Both the position numbers and the translations under genes were made by a program. A stretch of 57,808 bases of DNA, counting the filler, from Sphacelaria rigidula (taxonomy: Eukaryota), in assembly GCA_964200075.2 (NCBI GenBank). It is 6 parts of 6 records of this genome, joined end to end, with 100 filler letters (N's around TTAATTAATTAA, not from the genome) between each part and the next. Parts side by side here need not be neighbours in the genome. Positions count along the whole stretch, not along the records: positions 28,956 to 38,506 come from CAXNAA020008246.1; positions 38,607 to 48,157 come from CAXNAA020008247.1; positions 48,258 to 57,808 come from CAXNAA020008248.1; 3 more parts are not named here. One strand, given 5' to 3'. Positions 37,131 through 49,583 of the stretch are shown here, piece after piece. Position 1 is the stretch's first letter; each line of letters starts with the position of its first letter. The notes under the pieces were generated by a model. That model saw nothing but the letters and a program-made list of their open reading frames with translations. It made no database searches and was not told the origin of the DNA.

Positions 37131-38506
37131 GCGAGACTACTGCCCGAATGGACCACAGCTTACTTTTTGGAGGTCCTCAGTCGGCACTGGCGGAGCTCTA
37201 GAGGCAGTACAGCAAACAAGTCCTTGGCTTGGTGTGCTTCGGTCCAAGCTGTCGCGACAAGTTTTGCCGTTGAGAAAAACTCCGCCGGGAAAAATTCCGC
37301 CACATCCGGATTTAGTGCCGTCATTATCGTCCAGCGTAAGCAGCAGATAGGGAAGCAAGACGGTTGCTACCCTATTACTGCTGTTGCTGTTGCTTGGGGG
37401 GGAGGGGGGAAGGGGAGGGGGGTGCTTATAGGGCCCTTCTTAAGGAAGAGGATAATCCCCTTTTTCAAAATATTCTTTTTCAAAAACGACCGTTGATTGG
37501 TCGGTGCGATATCACCCCCCCCGCCCCCGAGAAATCCCCTCTCCCAGGGAAGATTTCTGTGCACCTCGAAGGGGAACATACATGTCCCGTTGACAGGAGC
37601 ACATGCAAAGGCTTACCGCACAACCCAACAAAATCACAGCTGAAGCTGAGGAACTTGGTGGCCCCGCAAACCCAAAACACACAGTTCAAGCCGTAGCTGC
37701 TCATCAGCTGTGCACGTCGCGTGTGACCGTGCTCAAATCTGTTCAGAATCCATTGAGAAATGATGATTTGTGTGAGACGCGCGCGCAGCATACGCTTACA
37801 AAATGGTCAGCAACGACACGCGGCTGCCATTCGTCCGATGCAGAACGGATTTCCGTCAAACAAAGACTGCCGTGTGTAGATTAGCAAGGGCTAGCTGTGA
37901 AACTAATGCTCTTGAGTTGTGGGTGTCTGTGTTTTTTCGGGGCTGGGTGTGTAGGTGTTGTGTTGCCTTGTTGCGTGATGTCTGTAGCATCACACAGACC
38001 TTGGACTAACGACCACTTCCAGACCCGCCGCATTTCTGAACCTGCGTGCAGGTCTGGGGTCCAATCTGTACAAAACTGCTTCTCGATAGGACTCGGGACA
38101 GGTCGTTATGGGGCCAATCCCCTGTCGAGAGGGGATTTTGAAGAAAGGGATAATCTAGCCATTGACTCCATCTGCGGCCGCAGAAAAAGCAGAGTTCCGG
38201 ATTTTTGCGCAGAAAAATGGCCGCGAAAAAAACACTAGGAAAATCGAAATATGTCGCAGATCTTCAGAAAATAGAGCAGATTTTGAAGAGGATTGAGCAT
38301 AATGGCGCAGATTTCCAATAGGACAGCGCAGACTTGCGATTTCTTCGGGCAAAAAACCTGCAGACAGACATACAGACCTCCTCTTTTCAAGGCCCTACAC
38401 GTTACACGTTCATTTTTCACGTTTCACGTCAAAATTAACCCTTTAGGGCCTGTCTTAACGAAGGGGATAATCCCCTTTTTCAAAATCCCCTTTTTGAAAA
38501 ACGACC

Positions 38507-38606
38507 NNNNNNNNNNNNNNNNNNNNNNNNNNNNNNNNNNNNNNNNNNNNTTAATTAATTAANNNNNNNNNNNNNNNNNNNNNNNNNNNNNNNNNNNNNN
38601 NNNNNN
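38507..38606. other. Artificial contig linker
   Basis: Same N44-TTAATTAATTAA-N44 structure. Confidence 0.98.
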
Positions 38607-39499
38607 GGGGGTCAAAAGGTGGGTCAAACGTCATGAAGGTGAACAATCCGTGGGCCAAAAATTTGTTCGCCATAACATCCGGCCTTAGCACCATTTGTTT
38701 TCAATCAAAAAGAGGAGGCGGTGGGATTGATTCGAGCGAAAATCGCGTAATTTTGTCGAGTTGGGTCCAAGCGAATTTTCAAGCTTTCGATCAAAAAAAT
38801 ACTGAAAGTCGTGAAACGATACATAAGAGAAGCGGGCAACGTGCAGTGCAGACAGCCCAGGAGTATTAGTTCTCTCTGCTTAAAACGCGACGTGGAAAGG
38901 ATTTTAACAGCGTGCAGCTTTGTACTGCATGTACTGTTCATGAGGGTGTACGCAGCTCGGTTGCCCACCCTACCACTCACTTCCGTCATTGGTCCTATAA
39001 TGAAAGAAGATTCCCAAGTTTTCACCAACAAAAAATAAACAAAGCATACCCAACTACAATGCTGCAGGGTTGCGGTGGTAGCTGAGAATGAGTTGGATGG
39101 AGTTAGCATGGTTCTGTGAACGAGTGTTATCTGGCGTGGTGGTCTGTAAGATAGGAGTCAAGTTCCGCTTCGTGCCTTTCGATCGAATAGGCTTAGCTTT
39201 ATTGTTTTGTACTTTTTCTCCGCGCGCCGCTAATTTCAAATTTGAGTTGAAGCCTTCTAAGAACAGAAATGCGGTGGACCTATCAGATCGATAAAAACAA
39301 ATCGAACGCACTTCCGACTACTGTACATAATAATGAGTTCATTCGAATTGACCCAAACACGAAAATCCGGGAGGATCTGGGTATATATTACTTGTGAAAA
39401 CAAGACACACCTCCTCCGACACCGTCTGGCCTTTGTGTAAATTTGGACCAGCTGCTGCACCGTGTGGAGTGCATCGCGTCCGGTATTTACCGGGTATCC

Positions 39500-39790
39500 C
39501 ATACCGTGGTGTGCGTGGGTATCGTAGGTATGAGTTTTGAAAATACCCGATTGAGCGGGTACGGTAGGAATTGAAATCTCGAAATACCGTGGTATCGTAG
39601 GTACGACATTTGAAAATATCCGATTCGGCGGGTACGGTAGGTAATGAAATCTCGAAATACCGTGGTATCGTGGGTATTGTAGGTACGACACTTGAAAATA
39701 TCCGATCGAGCGGGCACGGTAGGTATTGACATCTCGAAATACCGTGGCATCGTGGGTATCGTAGGTATTAGATGTCCCAAATACCGGTAC
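39500..39790. repeat. Minisatellite, ~3 copies of a 72-81-bp unit
   Basis: Repeated TTGAAAATA.CCGAT..GCGGG.ACGGTAGG..TGA.ATCTCGAAATACCGTGG.ATCGT. Confidence 0.85.
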
Positions 39791-39926
39791 CGGGTACTCA
39801 CCTTACCTACGAGTGTGGTGCCTGTGAAAAGTTGCACATCACCTTCCCCTGTCAGTGACACTGACTTGTATGGACTCCAGATAGGAGAACAACAGCACTG
39901 CGCTAGCTGCTGCTGCTGCTGTGGAC

Positions 39927-40936
39927 TAGAGCCTGGTATCATATCAACTTTTCGAGATATAGTGTATCTAAATATACCCCTCCCCAAGAAGGTGATGTGT
40001 GATAAAAGTTGATATGTTTGTAGTCATGTTCATATACCCCGCATTTTTCCGGATATCGCTATGAATCTGATATATTTGGGGTATATATACTATATATATA
40101 TACTGTGCAGACGTGTATCATAAGGATATTCATGTTCCTTTTTTATTATTGCTGGCGCCCCACACGTGATCCCTCCGACCTCCGACCTTCAGGATATATC
40201 ACAGGTCAGGCGGCAGGCGGCTATTATGATACAATGCTCCTTCGGCTGACTGCAACCGGACGAACCCCGACCGAAAAATCAAACCAAAGAAAGAAAAACT
40301 GCAGCAAATCAAAACATCGAAAGTTCAGGTGCAAGGGAAAAAACACTGTAAGCTCGATTCACCTGGCACGGAGTTGCACTACTCCGAAACCCCAAGAAAA
40401 TAAATTTCACGCCAACCGCTCGCTACCTACCTCCCGCCCCCCACTCGTTACGAGAAGCACGTGCCGATACTCATCCGATAGTCTACTCAAACCAATCGAA
40501 TCAAGTCTCTACCGCTATTGCGCTAATTATTTTGCAATAACACTGCCGTGGAACTGCTACTACTCTAGATGCTGGTTAGAGCGCACTGTAAAGCACATTG
40601 CACCGATATAAGCCGATATCTTACATGCATCACGTAATGCAGTCATGTATAATGTGAAGACAACAACAACAACACAGTCTGAGTGTACGTCACCTGATAT
40701 AGGCAACAAACTGTTCAGTATCACCTGATATAAGCCTATATATCATATACCACGTAATATATACCCGTCTAGTCACATCTTGCTGAAAAAGCTCCATATA
40801 GAGTATATGATATAAAGTCATGAAAAATATCATTTTATATCATATACCCTCCGAAAAAACTTGACTAAGGTAGATGAAATATCACATAGTAAAAGGGTGT
40901 ATATATAGGCTAGGCCTATATCTATACCAGGCGCTA
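39927..40936. mobile_element. Non-autonomous hAT-like element, 1010 bp
   Basis: TIR TAGAGCCTGGTAT / ATACCAGGCGCTA (12/13), perfect 8-bp TSD CTGTGGAC (39919-39926 and 40937-40944), GATAT/ATATC-rich subterminal regions. Confidence 0.88.
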
Positions 40937-41256
40937 CTGTGGACATGGGTCTGATCTCCACTTTTCGAAAGACCAAAATTTCGGGTATACCCTACTCGAC
41001 ACGCCCTTGGGAAATTCCGCGTTGTACAAGTATCCAGGACTCCCCGAGCCTGACTCATGGTGTATTGTTGAACCAAAGCAATCAGTCATCGCTTACTTCG
41101 GACGGTTGATGCATGCAGTACAGTACGGTAAGTACTTGTAGCGTCGCTCTGTAGGATGTGGCACCCAAGCGGTTGACTTCATTTTTTCTTGTTTTGTAAA
41201 AGAATGTGAAACCGAGAACGATTTGGCTCCCGGATGTTTGTCGACACATTTGCCGT

Positions 41257-41850
41257 GCCCCGGTGGTGTTATGGTCCAACTGTCGCCATCAGGGTGGAAA
41301 GAACGTGGGTTCGATTCCTGATGCGTTGCGTGTTTTCTTCGTAATACCTGACTTCCACCGTGGAAAGCGTGAGGACGTGAGTAGAGCAAATTAATCGGCT
41401 GAGTTTGTTTGAGGTGAGTTGACGCGGTGCGGGAGAGACTTTCTACGATAGCCCACCCCCCCCACACAAGAAGAAGTGAATGGTTTTGGGAGGCAAAATC
41501 TTCACGTAAATCGAAATTGGAAAAGCCGAGCACAACGAGGAGCTGGGAATTCCCACGCTTGGGTTCGTTCTAGCCACTGTCGCCAATATGAGTTGCTTCA
41601 TGCAGCCTGAACCCAAACATCAGGCGCTGTATGGCCATTTTTTTCGTGACACCTTCAACCTGGTTTGTAGGGGGGGCTATCGTAGAAAGTGTCGGGACTG
41701 CTGACCCAATCCGCGAGACGAAAGTGCAAGGTGTGTACGAGGAAGAGATGGACTGATGATGATTCCTTGAGACCATGGACTCGTCCCGAGTAAGGGGGTT
41801 CAAAGTGCGACTAATGAATGATTAATAAACAAAAAATAAAAAGAATAATC
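41257..41850 (+). mobile_element. SINE family 2 copy split by a MITE at 41435-41693
   Basis: Removing the MITE and one GGGA restores colinearity with the 20173 copy. Confidence 0.85.
41435..41693. mobile_element. MITE with 20-bp TIRs GA(C/G)ACTTTCTACGATAGCCC and a 4-bp TSD GGGA (Sola2-like by inference); partial copies at ~80-301, 18585-18749, 29031-29250 and 32830-33070
   Basis: TIRs match 19/20. The TSD is confirmed by the empty site in the SINE copy at 20345. Confidence 0.85.
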
Positions 41851-41949
41851 ACAAGTAGCAATATATTTAGGCAAAAGAGAGGAACCACAAGATCACGTTT
41901 TTCGATAGTATAGTAAAAAAATGTGTCGTTTGTCCCCCGTACAGGACTG

Positions 41950-42290
41950 CCGGTCGCCCCGGTGGCTCAGTTGGTGGCCTTGACACCTTCTGACGGTTGG
42001 GTCATGGGTTCAAATCTCGGAGGGATCTTGGAGTTTTTCTCACACCATGCCCATTAGTGGAGAGCGACTAAGTCGTGGGTCCACAAAAGTTGACTTAACG
42101 TTCGACGAGGGGAAGGAAGTGCTGAACCCCTCTCGCGATAAAAAATAAAAGGCAAGCACCGCAGAAGGAAGGTAGAATACTGCGAACAAGAAAAAAAACT
42201 CCTGTGTTGAACTTCCTCTTGTGTGACCCCGGCTGGTGCGCCCACCTATACCGAAAAGTGTAGACCGGCATACAGAATAGATGGGATGAC

Positions 42291-42329
<39 letters not shown>
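41950..42329 (+). mobile_element. tRNA-derived SINE family 1, full length, (CA)n tail
   Basis: Head GCCCCGGTGGCTCAGTTGG (A box) and GGTTCAAATC (B box), conserved body, end GATGGGATGACAACACA..; ACAGGA on both flanks. Confidence 0.88.
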
Positions 42330-42332
<3 letters not shown>

Positions 42333-42601
42333 ATCCGGATCTGGGTGTGAGAGCAGTTAAACGAATGAGGGTAATGATCCAATCACAGTCGCGGAAGGGG
42401 GGAGTTGATGGAAGTCACAGCAGAGGCCGTGCGAAAAGATGACGCGTCCTCGTGTAGAAATGACAAAACGTTGTGCACTGAATCAGTTCTCCATGTTCTC
42501 GTGTCAAATAAATAATCCCTCCCTCCTACCCTCCTCCCCTTTCCCCCCCACGTTTTACCTCCCCCTTTCTCCTGCGGCGTTCGGTGTTCTATACCATGCA
42601 G

Positions 42602-45600
42602 GAGGCGTTTGCGTCTCATCTCAACGCCCATCTGGAGGGGGATAAGTTCCTGCAGCATCTGCTGCCGCTGGACCCCAAGGGGGCGGACTTTTTCGACAAG
42701 TTCAGTGACGGCGTGCTCATGTGTCGACTCGTGTGCCTGGCGATCCCCGGCTTTATAGGTGAATGATACACCTGCTCACTGTGCTGCTGTCGGTGTCATC
42801 TCGCTGTCTTCCCTTTTTTGTGTGTGCCTTATTTCCTATATCTACTTCGCCATTTTGTTTTCTCTGATTCTCTAAACCCCTTAATACTTTAATCGTCCTT
42901 GGCTTCTGCCCTACCTCTGTGTGTCTCCAGCGCACTTCTTCGCTTGTCGCTTTACGAACCCCAATTTCTGCCTTCTCCTCTGACTAGTATTTTACCGCCA
43001 CAAGATCGTCGAAAATCGCGGTGGCCCCACCGACCGAGGGTGTGTTAGGAATTCATCCCGGAAAAACAAGCGGACTGTACCATATGCACATTGTGAAGGA
43101 AGAAAAATATGTATTTTACTATTGAGAAAGAAAAACCATAATCTATTTTCGATACATATATATATATACATATACATCCGTGAACTCCTTTCCTACTAAT
43201 GTATTGCTGTCTCTCATTTTGACGAAGGGTTATTCATCTCGTATTTTACTATTCATTTCCTCCCTCTTTTTCTTCTTTTTATTTTTCCCTTCGCCCTGTT
43301 GTTTACACCCGTGCACAGCCGATTCTAAGATAAACGTTCCGTCGGGGTCCGAGCCGGTGGGACTGTACAAGGCGACGGAAAACCTCAACGCCGCGCTCAC
43401 CGCGGCGGAGGCAGCAGGACTCCAGGTGGTGAACATCGGAGCTCAAGATATCATCGACGGTAGACCAGCCAGCATTCTCGGATTGTCTTGGCAGCTCATT
43501 CGGGTACACCTACTGGCTCAGATCAACCTTAAGGTACGAGTATGCCACAAACAGTTGAATGTCTGGCTCGCGTGGTATATCATGAGGTACGCCTTGTGAG
43601 TAAGCCTATATAAAATGGCAGTGGGCTTCCGAAACGCTAGGAAAGCGGTATCGGCGCCTGTAAGCGTTACATTTTGAAGGGACGCTATAGAAGCCGACAG
43701 AAGAAGGGAAAATGTGCTTGCCACTTGAATAACAACGATCCAACTCGGGGCGATCGTGTGCAGATTCGGCCATCAGAGTGCAGCGCGTTAGAGAGGGCAG
43801 CTAGTAGATTTTTTTCAACTATGTATCGACTTATTTTCTGTATTACCTGGCCGGTCGCCCCGGTAGCTCAGTCGGTAACCTCAAAACCTTCTGACGGTCG
43901 GGTTGTGGGGTCGAATCTCGAAGCGATCTGGGATGTTTTGTTACACGCTGCCCAACAGTAGAGAGCGACTATGTCGAAGGTCCACAAAATTCGACTTCAT
44001 GGTCGACGAGGGAAAGGGGCCGCTGAACCCCTCTCGAGATAGAAAATAAAGGCAAGCATCGCCGAAGGAACGTGGAATATTAAAACAAAACACAAAAGGG
44101 AAACTCCTATGTTGGCCTTCCTTCTGTGTGACTCCGGCTGGTGCGCCCACATACACCGAAAGGTGTATGTAGACCGGTGTCCAGAATAGATGGGATGAAT
44201 ACACACACACACTCACCTGCGCAAAAGATGAAGGATGTAGAAATACTTTGCTTCAGGATCAAATGATTTGGCTTCACAAATTAATGAATTGATCACCTTT
44301 TTTTTTAATTCATGTCCTGTCGGGAATATTTCCATCGCTGTTCGGTTCGTTCTCAGAGCAAGCACGCTCCATTTATTTCCCCTTTTTTATTTTCTTGAAT
44401 TTGATTCTAAGTTTCTTGTGTTCGAATATGTCCCCTCTTTTCGAGTAAACTTCGCCGTGGTCAGTCATCATCGAGAACTCGAAATTTAGTCTGATCTCTC
44501 CAGCAGACATGCCTTCATTTTCTTGAAGTTACTCACACTCTCAGGTTGACGATAAAAATCGGATTTCAGACACTTTTCGGAGAAGAAAAAACACACCTGC
44601 TGTGATTCAAACTTACTGCACCTTCAACGACTTCGAGATGCACCGCTTGGACTATCGAGATGTGGCGGGAAAAACGGCAAACGTGATTTTACTACCCAGC
44701 ATTCTTGTGGACCTGTACCCACGAAAACGTTGGGTCTGAGTTTTCCCACTTGTCGCAAATTCTAACTAGAATAATTTTCTCCAAGACGAAATTCCTTGCG
44801 TTCACGAATTAATGACTTGATGTAATTATAAATATGTATTCCGGGGGAATAAAATGCTTCTCCTATCTTGTGAAGTTTTATTTTTTTCAAAGACCGTGCC
44901 GCATTTCTTTTTATTTTTTCTAAGCGGAACGATCACCCTCTTCAACCAGTGCAATGCAAACGCGTGTGTCCTGAAGTGTCCTCACCGCTGAAAAAAATAT
45001 TCACCAGGTATGGAGTAGAGTGTCAAGTCTCATATTCTTGGCAGAGAGCAAGAATGAATCGAACATACAAAGGAACGAAGACAACACAACACTACCACCG
45101 TGGGCGTGGACAAAATATATGGAGGAATGGATACGATATTTTACTCGTTTTGCCCGTGCCCACTATATCATCCAGCAACACAAACGAGTGTACCCTCCCC
45201 CCCCCCTGGTGAGACACCCATGAGGCAGTGTAACCCGTGGCTGTCCCTAAAAGTGGCGACATCAGAAAATGAAGTAATTCATTCGAGGCCGATATCCATA
45301 TGAAAAATATTCGGTACGCTTCTAAATAGGCGAAAAATCTCAGCAGGATGCAGCTCACCCTCCATGCGACTCGCCGAAGACATCGCGGCCCTTTGCGCTT
45401 GGTGATAGATTGTGAGCCTGGTCCGGCGAGAACCCGGCGTGCTCCGTCCCAGCTCTGAAGGGATGCGAAGTCGATGGTCTTATGACTACGGTATGAAGAT
45501 ATCATTAGTACCCCCCTCTCTCTCCTCCGGTCCTCTCTTCCCTTGTGCTTCGTGTGTAATGTCAGCGATGCCCGGACCTGGTCCACCTGATGGGAGATGA

Positions 45601-47715
45601 CGAATCCAAGGCGGAATTTTTCTCGCTACCCGTGGAAGACGTACTGCTGCGCTGGTTCAACCACCATCTCAGGCATGCCAATACTATACTTGTGCCATAC
45701 CAATACTAAAATATTATATCGTCGCGACTCTGCGGAGGCTTTTCAACCCGTTGGGCGCCGCTACACTGACAAGTAGGCCTCCTCAGAAATGGACTGTACA
45801 TGAACCGCTGAAAGTATGATCCCATTGATGAATCGTTCGATTCTGTTCCTTCTGTTCCTTTTTTTTTTTCAAGTCGTGTTTCAGTTTCGTTTTTCTTGGA
45901 TACGTCTATCATAAGACCACGGCTAGACCCCTGGGGGGTCACTTAAAGTACGACAATCAATCAACCATTGGGTGATTTGATCGTCAGACCTTATAATATC
46001 CGCTGCGGGTTCCACCAATGGTCATCAGATACAAGACGAACGTGCCTAAGGGGAACCATCAGAGAGATCTATGGGAGTCCGATGACGAACCCCACATGAA
46101 CCAAATGCCACGGCTCGAGGTATAATCCGATCTCATATAAATCGCTTTCACGTCAGTTTTTTTTTTTCTGTTAATCCCGGACTGTTGGTAGTTACTATCA
46201 TACAGCAGTGTAAAGCATGTGGAGATTGGGTAGAGGTCGTGTGAGAAGTTCGTATTTTTATTTTGAGAACATTTTCAGGATCGCTGATTGGTCACGGTGC
46301 ATCTTCGCCCTTTTTTTGCTCTTAGCGCCAACACTTGAGGCTTGAACGAAAATACCGCCATGTCACCCTCTTCAGTTGTCCATGGCGGTCACTATGATAC
46401 CATGCGTGCGGAAATTGGGTAGGTATCGCGGAAGACATTCTGCTCATGAATTTGGGGTCGACAGCGTGTATCAGCGCATAACCCCTGATACAACGAAACC
46501 AAATGCATGTCGTACGCGAGTAAGCCGCGTTGCGCGTAGCAACCCCCTTCTTTCGTGCGGCGTAATTTTGGTTCTTAGGGTTTGCTGGTTTTACTCCGGG
46601 AGGGCACTCGATATTCCATCATCACATACCCTGTCGCTCGGAGCTCCGGTCCCTGAAGTGCTCATAACTGCGCTTCCAAGCGTGATCACCACCTTATTTT
46701 CGTACAAGTCTCAGACCCCCCATTCTTGAAGTACCATTGACCACCCGTCCCGGGATTATTCATCTCTAAACGCTCGACCGGAATTCCAAATCTGAGTCCT
46801 GGTACAACCCCACTCGACAAGGCGGCATATACGCTTTTTATCAGGTAGGTTGCGGTATCCGTGCGCTATGGTGCGTGATCACCGGTACGTTGAATGGCTT
46901 GCGTCCGTTTTCCTTAAGGTATACTGTAGTGCCTATTTTTGCTGTCTGTTAGCGTGAACCTGCGTGTACCTGTTTCGTCGTCATCGTCGTCGTCGCTGTT
47001 GTTATTGTGCATATCGTAGGTGGGGAGGTACCGAGCGGAGAGTGTCGAATTTCTCGGACGACCTGGCAGATGGGAGGTGCTACAACACCCTGATGAAGGT
47101 ACGGCCTATCGTACTGTGTACCTTTTCGGTATCGTGTTGAAGGTGCAGTACAGAGTGCAGTGTACCTGTTTGGCACCACGTACAGTACCGTCGTTGGTGC
47201 CGCTTGGCGTCCCTTTTTGAGGGATCTGCCCAGAGTGCGGCATACCTTTTCCTGTCACAAACAATGCACAGCCCACTTCGCCTATCTAATTATTTTCCAC
47301 TTCGCTGAGCGTTCACCATGAAGATGATCAGGAGTTCCACACACCTTTATGGGTAATACACAGTACAGTAAGCACAGACGGTACCCTTTTCAGAGTTTTT
47401 TTTGTACCCATTCAGTATCCACGGTACAGTGTACGGCTAAAGAGCCGGATTTAAATAAGCTGCGGAGAAGATATGGATCTGGAATAAATACGTCCGAAGT
47501 GTTAAAGCAGATCCGCTTTATTGCTACTCGAGCAGGAACTGAAGGATGACTTCCAGGAGCCAGAGTACCTCGAGGAGGAAGACGAATCGAGGAAGCGTTT
47601 CCGGCGGGCGTGCAGCGTGATATCAGGGGCTCAGTCGCTTGGCCTTGCCCCGCTGATTCGACCTAACCACATCACTCGCAGAGCCCACCTGTACAACATT
47701 GCCTTCGTCGCGCAG
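42602..47715 (+). CDS. Partial fimbrin/plastin-like actin-bundling protein, CH1-CH2 (ABD1). Exons 42602-42758, 43319-43533, 45566-45672, 47020-47098, 47536-47715 (~246 aa)
   Basis: EAFASHLNAHLEGD..LLPLDP..DGVLMCRLV; ENLNAAL..GLQVVNIGAQDIIDGRP..LGLSWQLIR..INLK; LPVEDVLLRWFNHHL; RRVSNFSDDLADG; LYNIAFVAQ. These are canonical fimbrin motifs, and the phases are consistent with a GC donor at 45673. Confidence 0.9.
43851..44212 (+). mobile_element. SINE family 1 copy in a fimbrin intron
   Basis: Same head, body and (CA)n tail; ACCTG on both flanks. Confidence 0.88.
45207..45511. repeat. Unclassified ~310-bp dispersed element (C-run element). Other copies: 9653-9795, 12488-12803, 14366-14659(-), 19330-19361(-), 20538-20840(-), 23538-24050, 28979-29031, 48093-48157(-). 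Sibling subfamily at 985-1060(-) and 11640-11704
   Basis: Shared core GCCTGGTCCGGCGAAAACCCGGCGTGCTCCGT..GGGATGCGAGGTCAATGGTC..ATCATGAGTAC, with a conserved end that abuts C-runs in most copies. Confidence 0.88.
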
Positions 47716-48157
47716 GTGGGATAGCTTCTTGCTCGGCGAGGACATGGTTTTATTTTCTTGTCTGCCGTGGTATATTATCATCGCGAGAATTTTGTTTCCA
47801 TATTCCGTTTTTTTTCTTCTTATTTTATTCGGGGAGGGGGGGGGGGTAAGGGAGTGAGAGTAGCACGATATGGACCTTCACCATGAGATGGTTGAGCGTA
47901 AAAACCCTTTTGATATTTTTTCCCCCGTACATGATGGAGTGAATGGCCCGAACGAGAAATGTCGACCAAAGATTGAAGGGGATAAATGCGGGTTTTGTGT
48001 ACTCAACGAACAAGATACAACCTCTTTGGATGATAACTGACTCGATATTATATTTTGTCTGCATGATTTGCTTTCTTCTGCTGGGGGGGGGGGTGTAGTC
48101 ATGATCATGCATGCCATAGTCATAAGATCATTGACCTCGCATCCCTACAAAGCCGGG

Positions 48158-48257
48158 NNNNNNNNNNNNNNNNNNNNNNNNNNNNNNNNNNNNNNNNNNN
48201 NTTAATTAATTAANNNNNNNNNNNNNNNNNNNNNNNNNNNNNNNNNNNNNNNNNNNN
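48158..48257. other. Artificial contig linker
   Basis: Same N44-TTAATTAATTAA-N44 structure. Confidence 0.98.
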
Positions 48258-48634
48258 TCTGGCCACCATCTATCTCCTAGTATAGCCATCGTTTTCTCCC
48301 TATTGTAAACGGCACCTGGGGGTTGGCGAAGGGGCGGGGGACTTGAAGGAGACATGCAGACGCTGAGACCTCTGGTAATCAGTCCAATGCCGCAAGCAAG
48401 AGGCTATTGCGTTGAGAGCCGCCAAAACGAGAGTCACAATTGCTGACACAACAGCAACAGCTCGTGAGGAATTCAGCATGGAGATGGTCGACAGGGTGGC
48501 TTGTTCTGCAGCTGACTAACGATGAGAAAAGCAGCAAAAACAGGAAATACCCCTGTTTGATCTCATCGGCTGTTGCCTTCTTTCCTTGGCTCACAACCTG
48601 AGCGATGTTCCTTGCTGTGTTCCTACAAACATTC

Positions 48635-49583
48635 CACAGCCTGGAAAATGCAATATGTACTATATATTGCCCGCTCAATATGTCGACGCGTCGGGTGGTC
48701 AAAATATAGTGGGCGAGCAATATGATGGCACGAGAGAGGGTCAATATACATATATATATATATATTGTGCCATCAATATGTCAAGTCCCGCGACATGCAA
48801 TATGTATCGACCGAAACAAATATCACGACTCGCGCCACCTCAATATATATATTGGCCGAGTAATATGTTGGTGCGGTAAGGCACTAATATATATTTGTCG
48901 ATTAATTTATTGGCTGCCATACGAGGTCACTATATATATATATATATTGATGATTCAATATATTCAACTCCCAAAGCGCCAATATATATTGCCGCCTAAT
49001 ATGTCGTACGTCAACGCGTCCAGTATATATTGGGCGGACAGTACACGAGGGAACAGACGATCACAATACATATCGGTGTAGAAATTATATTGATGATTCA
49101 ACATGTAGATTGGAAAGTGTAAAGTGGGCTGTTATATGCTCGCGGGCGCCATTGAAAGATGTATCACCACATGCCGAAAACGTTCAACATATTCCTCCGC
49201 GAGCGTGTTCAATATATATTGGCTGCACAATAGCTATGCGATGAGCGTGCGCAATATATATTGGGAAAACGATACTTATGCATGGTTTGCGTTTAATATA
49301 TATTATGGTAACAATATTTCACGCATCGTTTCGACTCAATACGTATTGACACTTCAATACAAACACGGCCGGCATGCACAATGAGTATTGAATACTTTGT
49401 TCCCGGAGCAACTGCATGTTCAATATATATTGCCATGCATTTATCATGACACGAGAAATATATGTTGCTTCAATGTTTCCGAGGATATCTCAACACAATA
49501 TATATTGAAAGGACAACATTTGCGCTGTCTCCATTACAAAGTATCGGCATCATATTGGAACATAGTGTATTGTCCGGGGCATA
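48635..49583. repeat. Array of CAATATATATTG-type palindromes with unique spacers, bounded by imperfect inverted ends (probable non-autonomous DNA transposon)
   Basis: More than 15 full or half motifs; ends CCTGGAAAATGCAATATG and CATAGTGTATTGTCCGG match ~14/18; no TSD found. Confidence 0.65.

Noticed and set aside
41950-42020. tRNA genes at the GCCCCGGTGG heads
   Set aside because: A/B boxes are present, but there is no closed acceptor stem or consistent anticodon arm, and the heads continue into multicopy SINE bodies
47013-47040. TIR similar to the end at 39800
   Set aside because: It is the acceptor and start of fimbrin exon 47020-47098
48635-49583. CRISPR array
   Set aside because: The repeat is only ~12 bp and degenerate, spacing is irregular, there are no cas genes and the context is eukaryotic
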